From a virus (Duplodnaviria; Caudoviricetes): 39,761 nt of DNA. Position 1 is the stretch's first letter. Every line of letters begins with the position of its first letter. Shown in pieces: positions 25,787-34,580 of this stretch. The translations under genes and the position numbers were made by a program. The notes beneath the pieces are model-generated. The model made no database searches and was not told the origin of the DNA. It was given only the letters and a program-made list of their open reading frames with translations. The stretch covers positions 1 to 39,761 of IMG/VR virus record IMGVR_UViG_3300017780_000923; one strand, written 5' to 3'.

Positions 25787-28075
25787 ATGACGGTTAAGAT
25801 TCTAGTCGAATACATAAGCAAGATGAATATTGCTGATGACCTTGATGAAGATATTCTCAGGGCTATTGGATCAAGAGTTAAACGTCAGTACGAAGAAGAC
25901 CTCACCTCAATGACTGATTGGTTGGATGCTGTGAAGAACGGTATCGACCTGATGAGACAAGAATACCATACCCGATCAACGCCCTGGGAAGGGGCTTCCA
26001 ATTACAAAGACCCTATCCTGACTGAAGCATCGTTACGCTTTGGTGATAAAGCTACCCTTGAGTTATTGAAAAATAAAAACTTATTGGCTGTACAAGCTAT
26101 CGGTAGAGACAAGGATGGTAAAAAGAAAGAACGCATGAAGCGTGTTTCTGAAGTAATGAACTATCAGATTAACTATGGGATGGGTGGCTGGAGACGAGAT
26201 CAATCTCGATTATTCTATCAACTGCCTAACGTAGGAACAGCGTTTAAGAAAGTAGTCTTTGATTTACTTGAAGATAAGTGTGAGTCCATTGTAATTACTT
26301 ACCCTGACTTCGTTGTTAACCAAGCTACCAAGTCTATGTCTGACTGTCGTTCTTTCTCTCAGGTTATGCAGTTCTCCCGTAATGCTATAGAAGAGCGAGT
26401 TCGTTCGGGGAAATGGCTGGATATTGAAATGTTTGAAGATGAGTCTTCTGAATACGAAGAAGGTGTAGACCGTAAAGGCGATAAATTCTCCAACGAAGAA
26501 CAGAAGGTAATTAACAGTTTTGACAATCCAGAGAAGTTTATTGAGCAGCAATGCTTTTATGACTTAGACGGTGATGGGTATGAAGAACCTTATGTGATAA
26601 CGGTTCACGACCAATCAGGCAAGGTAGTCAGGATTGTTGCTCGGTTTGATGAAAACTCCATCATGGTTAAGTATAACGAAAAGGTTATGTCATTGCCTAA
26701 AGCGATGAGACTTACCGAACAAGACGTAGTGAAAGGGTTTGGTGGTGATGGAATGATGAGCTTTTTAGGGTTAGCAAAACCTAAAATCAATAAAGAAGAC
26801 TTTGAAATCGTTAGAGTAATCCCTTTCCAAAACGTAACAAAGTATGGATTTATACCAGCCCCTGATGGCACTTTCCTTGATCTGGGCTATGCCCATGTTC
26901 TCGGGGCAATGACCCAAGCAATTAACGCTACCACTAATCAACTGACTGACCGAGGTACTTTGAACAATGTAGGCGGTGGAATACTGTCTAAAGAGTTCAG
27001 GAAAGAAAACGGAGTCACTAGGCTGAAGATGGGTCAGTACGTCAAGACGGATGTTCCTGCTGAGAAATTGGCAAAGGGTATCTTTCCAAATCCTACCCAA
27101 GAACCTAGCCAGGCATTGCTGGCTCTTAACCAGCAGATGAGCAATCGAGCGCAAACATTCTTGGCGGTAGCTGACTTGTCTGGTCAGATTCAAGCAAGCA
27201 CAGCTCCTACTACTGCGTTGGCTATTATTCAGGAAGGAATGACAGCCACTAATGCGCTGTTTAAACGGATTATTGACTCACAGACTGAAGAATTCCAAGT
27301 GCTGTACAGGATTAACAAAACTACTTTTAATCCTGATTTGTATAAAGATATTCTGGACGATCCAGAAGCTGACCCTATTGCTGACTTTGATTCTGATATG
27401 GTTGAGATTATACCCTCTGCTAGTGCTGAGATGAGCAGTCGTGTACAGCGAATTCAAACTGCTGCACTTGAGCTAGAACAAGTCCCTATGGTTCTCCAGT
27501 CTGGAGGTAATCCTGTTCCTATTATCAAAGGATTCTTTGAGGCTATCGGGTCTGACTTGTTAGACCAAATATACCCAGAAGAAAGCTCCATGAGTCCAAA
27601 AGACAAAGAAGCTATCCAGAAAATGACTGCTGAGAAAGAAAAAACCAATCAGTTAGCACAACTTCAGACTGAAATACTTAAACGTGAGCAAGACCGTTTG
27701 GATGAAGACTCTAAAGCTAAACGCAAAGAGATCGAGTCTAGGATTCTTACTGCTAAAGTCACTGATATTGAAAGCCTGGCTAGAGCTACCAAGTTGGCTG
27801 AAGAAGCAGAAACTGAATCTACCCAGAATAAGATTGACAAGTATTCTGGAATAATAGATATGGCTGAAAAACAGATAATGAACTATGGCATTAATCCTAT
27901 GGAGAGGATTCAACCTATAGCTCCTCCTCCACCACCAATGCCTCCTCCAATGCCGCCACCAATGCAAGCTCCACCAATGCCACCACAGATGCAGCCACAA
28001 GCACCAGGCACAGTGCCTGATAATTTACAAGGGTTGATGAATCAACAAGCAATGCCAGAAGTACAGAACCCATAG
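25787..28075 (+). CDS. portal protein
   Basis: PWEGASN..DP.L.EA..., DLDGDGYEEPY; follows terL; coiled-coil and Pro/Met-rich tail. Confidence 0.85.
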   Translation: MTVKILVEYISKMNIADDLDEDILRAIGSRVKRQYEEDLTSMTDWLDAVKNGIDLMRQEYHTRSTPWEGASNYKDPILTEASLRFGDKATLELLKNKNLLAVQAIGRDKDGKKKERMKRVSEVMNYQINYGMGGWRRDQSRLFYQLPNVGTAFKKVVFDLLEDKCESIVITYPDFVVNQATKSMSDCRSFSQVMQFSRNAIEERVRSGKWLDIEMFEDESSEYEEGVDRKGDKFSNEEQKVINSFDNPEKFIEQQCFYDLDGDGYEEPYVITVHDQSGKVVRIVARFDENSIMVKYNEKVMSLPKAMRLTEQDVVKGFGGDGMMSFLGLAKPKINKEDFEIVRVIPFQNVTKYGFIPAPDGTFLDLGYAHVLGAMTQAINATTNQLTDRGTLNNVGGGILSKEFRKENGVTRLKMGQYVKTDVPAEKLAKGIFPNPTQEPSQALLALNQQMSNRAQTFLAVADLSGQIQASTAPTTALAIIQEGMTATNALFKRIIDSQTEEFQVLYRINKTTFNPDLYKDILDDPEADPIADFDSDMVEIIPSASAEMSSRVQRIQTAALELEQVPMVLQSGGNPVPIIKGFFEAIGSDLLDQIYPEESSMSPKDKEAIQKMTAEKEKTNQLAQLQTEILKREQDRLDEDSKAKRKEIESRILTAKVTDIESLARATKLAEEAETESTQNKIDKYSGIIDMAEKQIMNYGINPMERIQPIAPPPPPMPPPMPPPMQAPPMPPQMQPQAPGTVPDNLQGLMNQQAMPEVQNP

Positions 28076-28085
28076 CGGGTAGATA

Positions 28086-28113
28086 ATCTGCAAATGCAGA
28101 TCTGCAAATGCAG
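28086..28113. repeat. 14-bp tandem repeat ATCTGCAAATGCAG x2
   Basis: Exact tandem copies upstream of the RBS of the gene at 28130. Confidence 0.75.
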
Positions 28114-28129
28114 AATAGAGGAGCAATAG

Positions 28130-28399
28130 ATGCTAGAGATGCTATTTAGTTTAATTCCTGAACGTACCCTCATTACACGAGACCACTACAACAAGTGGAA
28201 ACGTGACCCCGTTACCGTCCGACTGCATAACGATCTCATATTAGCGTTACTTGAGCAGATACAGGACGATTTGCCAGAATCAGTAGATAGCTCCATTCCA
28301 CTAGCGCATCAAAGAGAAGGTGCTAGGAAAATGATAGATATTCTATTGTATTGGCAACCAGTAGAGGTTCGTAACGAGGAACTAAGCAATGAAGATTAA
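28130..28399 (+). CDS. hypothetical protein
   Basis: GAGGAG RBS; W..DPVT motif. Confidence 0.6.
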   Translation: MLEMLFSLIPERTLITRDHYNKWKRDPVTVRLHNDLILALLEQIQDDLPESVDSSIPLAHQREGARKMIDILLYWQPVEVRNEELSNED

Positions 28400-28721
28400 A
28401 CCAGTAGGATTCTACGTTTTAGTAGAAACCCAGTTAGTAGAAGAAAAAACGGCTGGCGGTATTTTATTAACTAAAGATACCGCACAGAAAGAACAATCTG
28501 TTACTGAAGAAGGCATTTTACGGGCTGTTGGCCCTACTGCTTATTCAGGATGGGAAGGTTGTAAGGATGAATCAAAACCAGCCCATGTCCAATGGGGAGT
28601 AAACATTGGAGATAGGGTAGAGTTTAGAAAATTTGAAGGCAAGAAATCGGTTGTTAAAGATTATGACAACTTCCGTTACATTCCTGATACACACATCATT
28701 GGAGTCATAGACAATGGCTGA
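28389..28721 (+). CDS. groES: GroES-like co-chaperonin
   Basis: IKPVG..VLV.....EEKTAGGILL...G....VGP...V.IGDRV.F....G...I.D..I.GVI. Confidence 0.85.
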   Translation: MKIKPVGFYVLVETQLVEEKTAGGILLTKDTAQKEQSVTEEGILRAVGPTAYSGWEGCKDESKPAHVQWGVNIGDRVEFRKFEGKKSVVKDYDNFRYIPDTHIIGVIDNG

Positions 28722-29463
28722 TTCAGAAGAAATTGATTTGAAAGCACTTGCTCAAGAACCAGAGGAAAAGGAAGAAGTAAAGCTCCCTAAAACATACGCT
28801 ACCCGCCAAGAAGATAAAGCAAGAAGCGGTGGATGGGTATCTGAGGAAGAATGGAATGAAGCCGGTAAAGCAGCAGAAGATTGGATATCTGCGGAGGCTT
28901 TTAACATTCGTGGAGAGTTTATTGGTAAGTTAAAAAGCAAAGACAGGGAAATTGAGGAGAGACTTTCTGGTGTTAACAAGATTGTTGACGCTCAGAAGGC
29001 AGTAATCAGGGATTTTCGTAAAGCTGCTATTGAAAATGGTGATGTTAAGGCTGTTGAAGGCTACGACAAGCAGATTGCCAACCTCAGTATGCAAGCTCCT
29101 GCACGAAATACCGATCTGGATGACTGGAATACCCGTAATGCGTGGATATTTGAGGAATCTCCTAAGTCTATCTATGCAAGACACGAATATCAGAAGGCTA
29201 AAATGCAAGGAATGGACGATAACACTGCTTTATCTATGGTAGATGGCAAATTAAAGGCTAGTTATCCTGATAATACCCCTAAAAGAAGTGTTCCTGACAC
29301 TGAAAAAGGGCATGGAAACAAGGGCTTTAAGACACCTTCTAGGGCATTAAGTATGGCTGATTTAACCAATGATGAGCTTGCTTTGAAGGCTGCATTGCCA
29401 GATGCTTGGAAGAACGATAAAGAATTCCTGAAGGCTGTATCTGACTCTAGGGGGTCAAAATGA
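28714..29463 (+). CDS. putative scaffolding protein
   Basis: Acidic coiled coil with GW..EEEW and W..RN.W motifs, between portal and capsid. Confidence 0.55.
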   Translation: MADSEEIDLKALAQEPEEKEEVKLPKTYATRQEDKARSGGWVSEEEWNEAGKAAEDWISAEAFNIRGEFIGKLKSKDREIEERLSGVNKIVDAQKAVIRDFRKAAIENGDVKAVEGYDKQIANLSMQAPARNTDLDDWNTRNAWIFEESPKSIYARHEYQKAKMQGMDDNTALSMVDGKLKASYPDNTPKRSVPDTEKGHGNKGFKTPSRALSMADLTNDELALKAALPDAWKNDKEFLKAVSDSRGSK

Positions 29464-29945
29464 GAGGACGTAGAACTTCCGCATCCAATGTAAGTGCTGA
29501 GATGTCTGCTGTAATGGGTATTGAGTCTGGTGATGCCAGAAATCCTAACGAACCTGCTAAACGGGTCAGAAGGGGTATGCAGCAAGGGCTAAACCTTGAA
29601 GTACCTAATTATGAATTTGATTTGGATCACTTTTATTACCGCTGGTTTTCAGAGGTAAGTAATCGTCCAGGTCGTATTACTTCTGCACAGAATGCTGATT
29701 ATGAAATGTGTGTAGATTTCTCTGGTGGGAGTATAACCAGACCTTCTGGCAGCAGTACCATGTACCTGATGAGGCTTAAGCGTGAATTCAGGACAGATGA
29801 CCAAAATGCCAAGAAGGAAAAGAACAAAAAAATGCTTGGTGAGCAAACTAAACTCGCAGTCAATGAATATGCACCGACTAGAACAAGAGCCGAAGGAAGC
29901 GAATCATCTTTAGATCGAGTTGAGTCAGATAATCCTTATAGTTGA
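29460..29945 (+). CDS. hypothetical head-region protein
   Basis: Y.YRW.......GRI.......Y...LM motif; synteny. Confidence 0.55.
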   Translation: MRGRRTSASNVSAEMSAVMGIESGDARNPNEPAKRVRRGMQQGLNLEVPNYEFDLDHFYYRWFSEVSNRPGRITSAQNADYEMCVDFSGGSITRPSGSSTMYLMRLKREFRTDDQNAKKEKNKKMLGEQTKLAVNEYAPTRTRAEGSESSLDRVESDNPYS

Positions 29946-30090
29946 CAATGACTTTGCTGCTACTGTAATCTAGTAGCAGCAAATTGCTTTTAGCAATTTA
30001 TAGTTTAGGCATAGAGCCAAATTTAGAGATTTTCCTCACTAAACGCTTAGAAAAAGCGTCAGTTAGTTGAGACAACTGCCCGTAAGGGTA
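29942..30090 (+). promoter_or_regulatory. promoter with overlapping 12-bp inverted repeat and hairpin-rich leader of the capsid operon
   Basis: TTGACA-N18-TAATCT; TTTGCTGCTACT/AGTAGCAGCAAA; several further hairpins, one with a GTAA tetraloop. Confidence 0.5.
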
Positions 30091-30120
30091 TTTCTTTCAT
30101 TTAACTTACTGAGGTCTACA

Positions 30121-30675
30121 ATGGCTGGATTTAATTTTGTAGGTACTGAGGCACAGGGTGACATTACAGGGAAAAGTAAAACTTTCCATGTACTTGCATC
30201 TCACTCTGGCGTTCTCGGAATAGGTGACTTGGTCGTTCTGACCGGCACTTCTTTCACTGATGGTTATGCAGAGGTCGATATCGGCACTGCTAACATCGGT
30301 AACACTGGCGTAGTCACTGGCGTTCGTCCAACTTTTGCTGGCGAAGCTCTGTCTTACACTCACTTACCCGCATCTACTGCTGGTTACTTGACTGTAAACA
30401 CAGATGCTTTTGCTGTGTATGCTGTTGACGTGGCTAATGGCCCATTCACCGCTGTTGACGTTGGTCTTAACTGTCCCGCAGTAGTTACTGCTGGTACTGT
30501 TTCTGGCTCAATCTTTGTCAGCAACATGAAAGCCAACTTCACTGGTCGTGCTACTACAGCAACCCTTCCATTAACTATCGTCCGTCTGCTTGTAGGTTCT
30601 GATGGCGTACTTGGCTCACGAGCTATGGTACGAGTCAATGAAACCAACAGCAAACTGGGCGCAACTGGCATTTAA
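30121..30675 (+). CDS. capsid cement/decoration protein
   Basis: Small G/T/V-rich protein directly before the major capsid gene; GAGG RBS before ATG30121. Confidence 0.6.
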   Translation: MAGFNFVGTEAQGDITGKSKTFHVLASHSGVLGIGDLVVLTGTSFTDGYAEVDIGTANIGNTGVVTGVRPTFAGEALSYTHLPASTAGYLTVNTDAFAVYAVDVANGPFTAVDVGLNCPAVVTAGTVSGSIFVSNMKANFTGRATTATLPLTIVRLLVGSDGVLGSRAMVRVNETNSKLGATGI

Positions 30676-30686
30676 GGAGATAGACA

Positions 30687-31610
30687 ATGAGTACAATTAT
30701 TACTCGTGGTAGTATTCCACGTCTTCTCCAAGATGGCGTTGGCAATATTTTTGGGAACGAACTTGCAGAACACGAACCCAAGTACGATAAAATCTTCATG
30801 GTCAAAGATAGCCAGAAGGCATTTGAAGTAAATGTCCAGATGGAAGGATTTGGTCGTTTCAGTAACAAAGACGAAGGTGATGATATCTCCTTTGATTCTC
30901 GTAGACAGGGCTTTACACCTAAGTATATCCATTCAACTTGGGCTAAAGGCTTTATCGTTACTGAAGAAGCGATTGATGACGAACTGTACAATCAGTTCAG
31001 TGATGGCGCAAAAGCTCTGGCTCGTGCTGCTACTATCACTAACGAACTGGATGCCCACAGCGTTCTGAACAATGGCTTTGATACTGCTTACGTCATGACT
31101 GACGGTGATGGCACTTCCTTGTTCTCTACATCTCACAGCAATGGCCCAAGCGGTGGTACTTACCAGAACCGTTTGACTGTTGATGCTGATTTGTCAGAAG
31201 CATCATTGGAAGACATTTTAGCTCTTATCATGCAAACCACAGATGCTCGTGGATTACCTGCTGCACTGATGCCAAAACGTTTGATCGTACGATCAGGCAA
31301 CAACGCATTCAATGCACAGCGTATCTTGGGTTCTGTATTGCAGAATGACAGTGCTAACAATGCTACTAACGCAGTCCGTGATATGAACCTGTTCAAAGAT
31401 GGCTGGTTGGCTTCGCCCTTCCTGACTGACGATGACGCATGGTTTGTTACCACAGATGCACCTAATGGTCTGAAATTCTATTGGCGTAGAAAAGTACGTT
31501 TCGGTCAAGACAACGCATTCACCTCTGGTAATGCTCGTTTCAAAGCCGACTATCGTACCTCCTACGGATGGGATGATGCTCGTGGTGTGTTTGGAACTAA
31601 CGGAGCTTAA
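30687..31610 (+). CDS. major capsid protein (HK97 fold)
   Basis: K.EG..I.FD...GF.VTEEAIDD.LY...LNNGF...DG.SLFS.SH...L.EASLE...WF..TD.PNGLK...D.RG.FG; strong AAGGAG RBS. Confidence 0.85.
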   Translation: MSTIITRGSIPRLLQDGVGNIFGNELAEHEPKYDKIFMVKDSQKAFEVNVQMEGFGRFSNKDEGDDISFDSRRQGFTPKYIHSTWAKGFIVTEEAIDDELYNQFSDGAKALARAATITNELDAHSVLNNGFDTAYVMTDGDGTSLFSTSHSNGPSGGTYQNRLTVDADLSEASLEDILALIMQTTDARGLPAALMPKRLIVRSGNNAFNAQRILGSVLQNDSANNATNAVRDMNLFKDGWLASPFLTDDDAWFVTTDAPNGLKFYWRRKVRFGQDNAFTSGNARFKADYRTSYGWDDARGVFGTNGA

Positions 31611-31622
31611 TCCGTAATGACG

Positions 31623-31650
31623 TAGGGGGTGTAAAAGCCCCCTATGTTTC
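31623..31650 (+). terminator. probable terminator after the capsid gene
   Basis: TAGGGGG...CCCCCTA stem followed by a weak T-tail. Confidence 0.5.
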
Positions 31651-31697
31651 AACCTTGACATTTCTTAACAGACCCTACTGGGTTCAATGGTGAAAAT

Positions 31698-32657
31698 ATG
31701 AGTTATTCAAATTATCCAAATGGTTTTACCGCTGGTCTTACTATCCGTGGTTTACCAATCAATGTGACCAATCCTGGTCAAGTATTCTTTGTGAACTCTA
31801 CGACTGTCCTCGCTGATGGCGGTGTAGGTGGTTCTAATGGTAATCCTGGCACTTATCAAAAACCTTTCGCTACCATTGCTTATGCTGTTACTCGATGCAA
31901 AGCTAACCGTGGTGATGTTGTTATGGTTATGCCTGGTCATACCGAAAGCGTTATTGCTGCTGCTACCATTTCTGTAGCAAACGGTGGTGTATCTATTATC
32001 GGCCTTGGCACTGGCAACAAACGCCCCACCATTACGTTGAGTACGGCTGCTACTGCTTCTATCGCAGTAAGTGGTGCTAACGTAACATTTAAAAACATGA
32101 TATTTACAGCTAACTTTGCTGACATAACTAAAGTGTTTACCGTTACAGCTAAATTTTTCTTGATTGAAGATTGTCGTATACAAGCTACTGCTACTAACAT
32201 GAACTTCTTGTCAATTGTTAGCACAAGCACAACAAACAACGAAGCTGATGGTATGGCAATGATTGACAGTGAGTGGGTCGAGCCAGATTTGCTTACAGAA
32301 TCAATGTTCAATATCAACGGTCATATTGACGGATTAACTGTAAATAATAACTACTCTAACTTGGGTGTTAATACGAACAATCTTCCAATCGTTGTAAAAG
32401 GTGCTACAGGTAAAAATCTGACCAACTTTGTATGCGAAGAAAATATGTTTCAGCGATTCAACACAGCTAACCCTTTGTTGGTCGTAACGGATACTGGTCT
32501 TAGCTCTACAGGCTCTATCCATCACAATATGATTAATCATAGAGATACTGCTGGTGAGCTTCTGGTTACTACAACAACTGGAATTGGCTTCTTTGAAAAC
32601 AAAGCCACTGCTGTTGCTGACCTTTCTGGTTATCTGTTACCTGCTGCTGACGCTTAA
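31698..32657 (+). CDS. putative virion protein with beta-helix-like domain
   Basis: G...KPFATI..A...C.ANRGDV..VMPGHTE motif with repeated N/D-rich strands. Confidence 0.55.
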   Translation: MSYSNYPNGFTAGLTIRGLPINVTNPGQVFFVNSTTVLADGGVGGSNGNPGTYQKPFATIAYAVTRCKANRGDVVMVMPGHTESVIAAATISVANGGVSIIGLGTGNKRPTITLSTAATASIAVSGANVTFKNMIFTANFADITKVFTVTAKFFLIEDCRIQATATNMNFLSIVSTSTTNNEADGMAMIDSEWVEPDLLTESMFNINGHIDGLTVNNNYSNLGVNTNNLPIVVKGATGKNLTNFVCEENMFQRFNTANPLLVVTDTGLSSTGSIHHNMINHRDTAGELLVTTTTGIGFFENKATAVADLSGYLLPAADA

Positions 32658-32668
32658 TAGTAACTATC

Positions 32669-32699
32669 GGGGGTAGGTAACACTACCCCCTTCTTTTTT
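32669..32699 (+). terminator. Rho-independent terminator
   Basis: GGGGTAG-GTAACA-CTACCCC followed by TTCTTTTTT. Confidence 0.75.
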
Positions 32700-32711
32700 A
32701 GCGGAGGCATC

Positions 32712-33371
32712 ATGCGTAATTTAGAAGTAACAACAGTTGCACTTACGAATAGTGCTACTGCGGTATGTACATCCCAGACCAGAGCAAGTGCTGGTGCATT
32801 GACTATAGATGGAACTGTAGTAACGGGTGGTGTTGCAATTATTGCAATGGCACAGAAAATATCCATTACTGGTGCTAGTTCTAACACAGGTATTACTTAC
32901 ACTATCGCTGGAACAGATGCTGATGGGAAAACAATTTCAGACGTTCTTACTGGTCATGGTGCTGGTGCTACAGTTTTCTCAGTGTATTATTTTAAAACAG
33001 TTACTGGTGTAACGGTGTCTGCGGCTATGACTGGCAGTAGTACGGTTGGAGCTATTTCAAGTTCCTCTGGCGGTGCTTCCACTAAGACTCTTAGGGTCAA
33101 TAGTAGACAGCCAGATTTTGGTCTTGGCTTGTATGTTGATCTTGTTGGATCAGCAGCAATGACATACACAGTGCAAGTCTCACCAGATGAACCAGAAGAT
33201 ACTGTTGTGCTTAGTTATGCTACTGATGCTGCATGGTTTAACCAGGCTGATATGACTAGTAAAACAGCAGATGCTTATGCGCTGATGCTTACTCCTTGTC
33301 AGACTATAAGATTGATTATTACAGCTTACACGAGCGGTGTAGCTAAACTATACTCAGTGCAATCACAATAA
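32712..33371 (+). CDS. putative virion structural protein
   Basis: T/A/S/G-rich, TIAGTDADG motif; GGAGG RBS. Confidence 0.55.
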   Translation: MRNLEVTTVALTNSATAVCTSQTRASAGALTIDGTVVTGGVAIIAMAQKISITGASSNTGITYTIAGTDADGKTISDVLTGHGAGATVFSVYYFKTVTGVTVSAAMTGSSTVGAISSSSGGASTKTLRVNSRQPDFGLGLYVDLVGSAAMTYTVQVSPDEPEDTVVLSYATDAAWFNQADMTSKTADAYALMLTPCQTIRLIITAYTSGVAKLYSVQSQ

Positions 33372-33652
33372 TGGCTAAAGACTCAAGACTTGGTAGGGCG
33401 GGTGTTGCTGGGTTTAATAAACCTAAACGCACCCCTTCTCATCCTACAAAAAGTCATGTAGTAGTGGCTAAGTCTGGTGACCAAGTTAAGACCATTAGAT
33501 TTGGTCAACAAGGCGTAAGTGGCTCACCCAAGAGAGAAGGTGAGTCAGCAGCAGACAAGGCTAGACGAGCATCATTCAAGGCTCGTCATGCCTCAAATAT
33601 AGACAAGGGTAAGATGTCAGCAGCATACTGGGCCAATAAAACTAAATGGTAA
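33371..33652 (+). CDS. small basic conserved phage protein
   Basis: NKPKRTP.HPTKSHVV.A.....K.IRFGQQG...RRASFKARH...SAAYWA....W. Confidence 0.7.
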   Translation: MAKDSRLGRAGVAGFNKPKRTPSHPTKSHVVVAKSGDQVKTIRFGQQGVSGSPKREGESAADKARRASFKARHASNIDKGKMSAAYWANKTKW

Positions 33653-33655
33653 TTT

Positions 33656-33850
33656 ATGGCTAAGACTCCACCAAAGAAAAGCAAAGTAAACGCTGCGGGT
33701 AATTACACAAAGCCTACTCTCCGCAAAAAGATTGTGGCTCAAGTAATGGCCTCGGCAACGCAGGGTACTGGTGCTGGAAAATGGAGCGCAAGAAAAGCAC
33801 AACTTGTCGCTAAGAAATATAAAGCTGCCGGTGGAGGATATAAAGATTGA
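33656..33850 (+). CDS. small basic conserved phage protein
   Basis: GNYTKP.LR...G.WSARKAQL.A..YK..GGGY. Confidence 0.7.
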   Translation: MAKTPPKKSKVNAAGNYTKPTLRKKIVAQVMASATQGTGAGKWSARKAQLVAKKYKAAGGGYKD

Positions 33851-34080
33851 AAGCTCCTCAAAAGTCCCTGAAAGATTGGGGCGATCAGAAATGGCGTACC
33901 AAGTCAGGAAAACCGTCTAGCAAAACGGGTGAAAGGTATTTACCAAAAGCTGCGATTGAAAGCCTTAGTGCTGCCGAGTATGCTGCTACAACTAGGGCAA
34001 AGAGGGCTGGTAAAAAAGCAGGGAAGCAGTCTGTACCGCAACCAAAAAAGATTGCAAAGAAAACAGCAAGATTTAGATAA
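33847..34080 (+). CDS. small basic conserved phage protein
   Basis: Q.SL..W..Q.W.TKSGKPS..TGERYLP. Confidence 0.7.
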   Translation: MKAPQKSLKDWGDQKWRTKSGKPSSKTGERYLPKAAIESLSAAEYAATTRAKRAGKKAGKQSVPQPKKIAKKTARFR

Positions 34081-34128
34081 TGGTAGTATGAAAAGTTAAA
34101 AATCATTAACAATGTCAAAAGGTGATTT

Positions 34129-34311
34129 ATGTCTAGAGTAAGAGCAACAGAGCAGCAATCTAAAGGTTCTCAGATGTCATCTGATTCAAAGGTTAAGTCA
34201 AGCGGCATGAAAAGCAAAAAAATGCCTATGAAAGCTAAAAAGATGACCATGCCTATGAAAGGCAAAAAAATGACTATGCCCATGAAAAAAAGCACCAAAG
34301 GTTATAACTAA
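34129..34311 (+). CDS. Lys/Met-rich repeat protein
   Basis: KKMPMKAKKMTMPMKGKKMTMPMKK; AAGGTG RBS. Confidence 0.55.
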   Translation: MSRVRATEQQSKGSQMSSDSKVKSSGMKSKKMPMKAKKMTMPMKGKKMTMPMKKSTKGYN

Positions 34312-34568
34312 TGGGAATTGTTACCCAAGATAAATGGGTTAAAGGAACTTACAACTCTATATCTGATAGTTCTGGTCAGAAGTATAAACGCAAGGATATG
34401 CGTAAAACTTGGGATAATAAACTGGTAGGTATTGATGAGTGGTCACCTAAACAGCCCCAATTAACAATACGGTCTTATACAGACTACCAGATTGCCGCAG
34501 ACGCTAGAAGTGATGCAACTCCTGGCGTAACTGCTGGCCCAGTATTAACAACAAGCGAATTGATTTAA
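34311..34568 (+). CDS. conserved hypothetical protein
   Basis: D.SG..YK...M.K.W....V...EW.PK.PQ. Confidence 0.6.
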   Translation: MGIVTQDKWVKGTYNSISDSSGQKYKRKDMRKTWDNKLVGIDEWSPKQPQLTIRSYTDYQIAADARSDATPGVTAGPVLTTSELI

Positions 34569-34580
34569 TAAGGTGGACAG

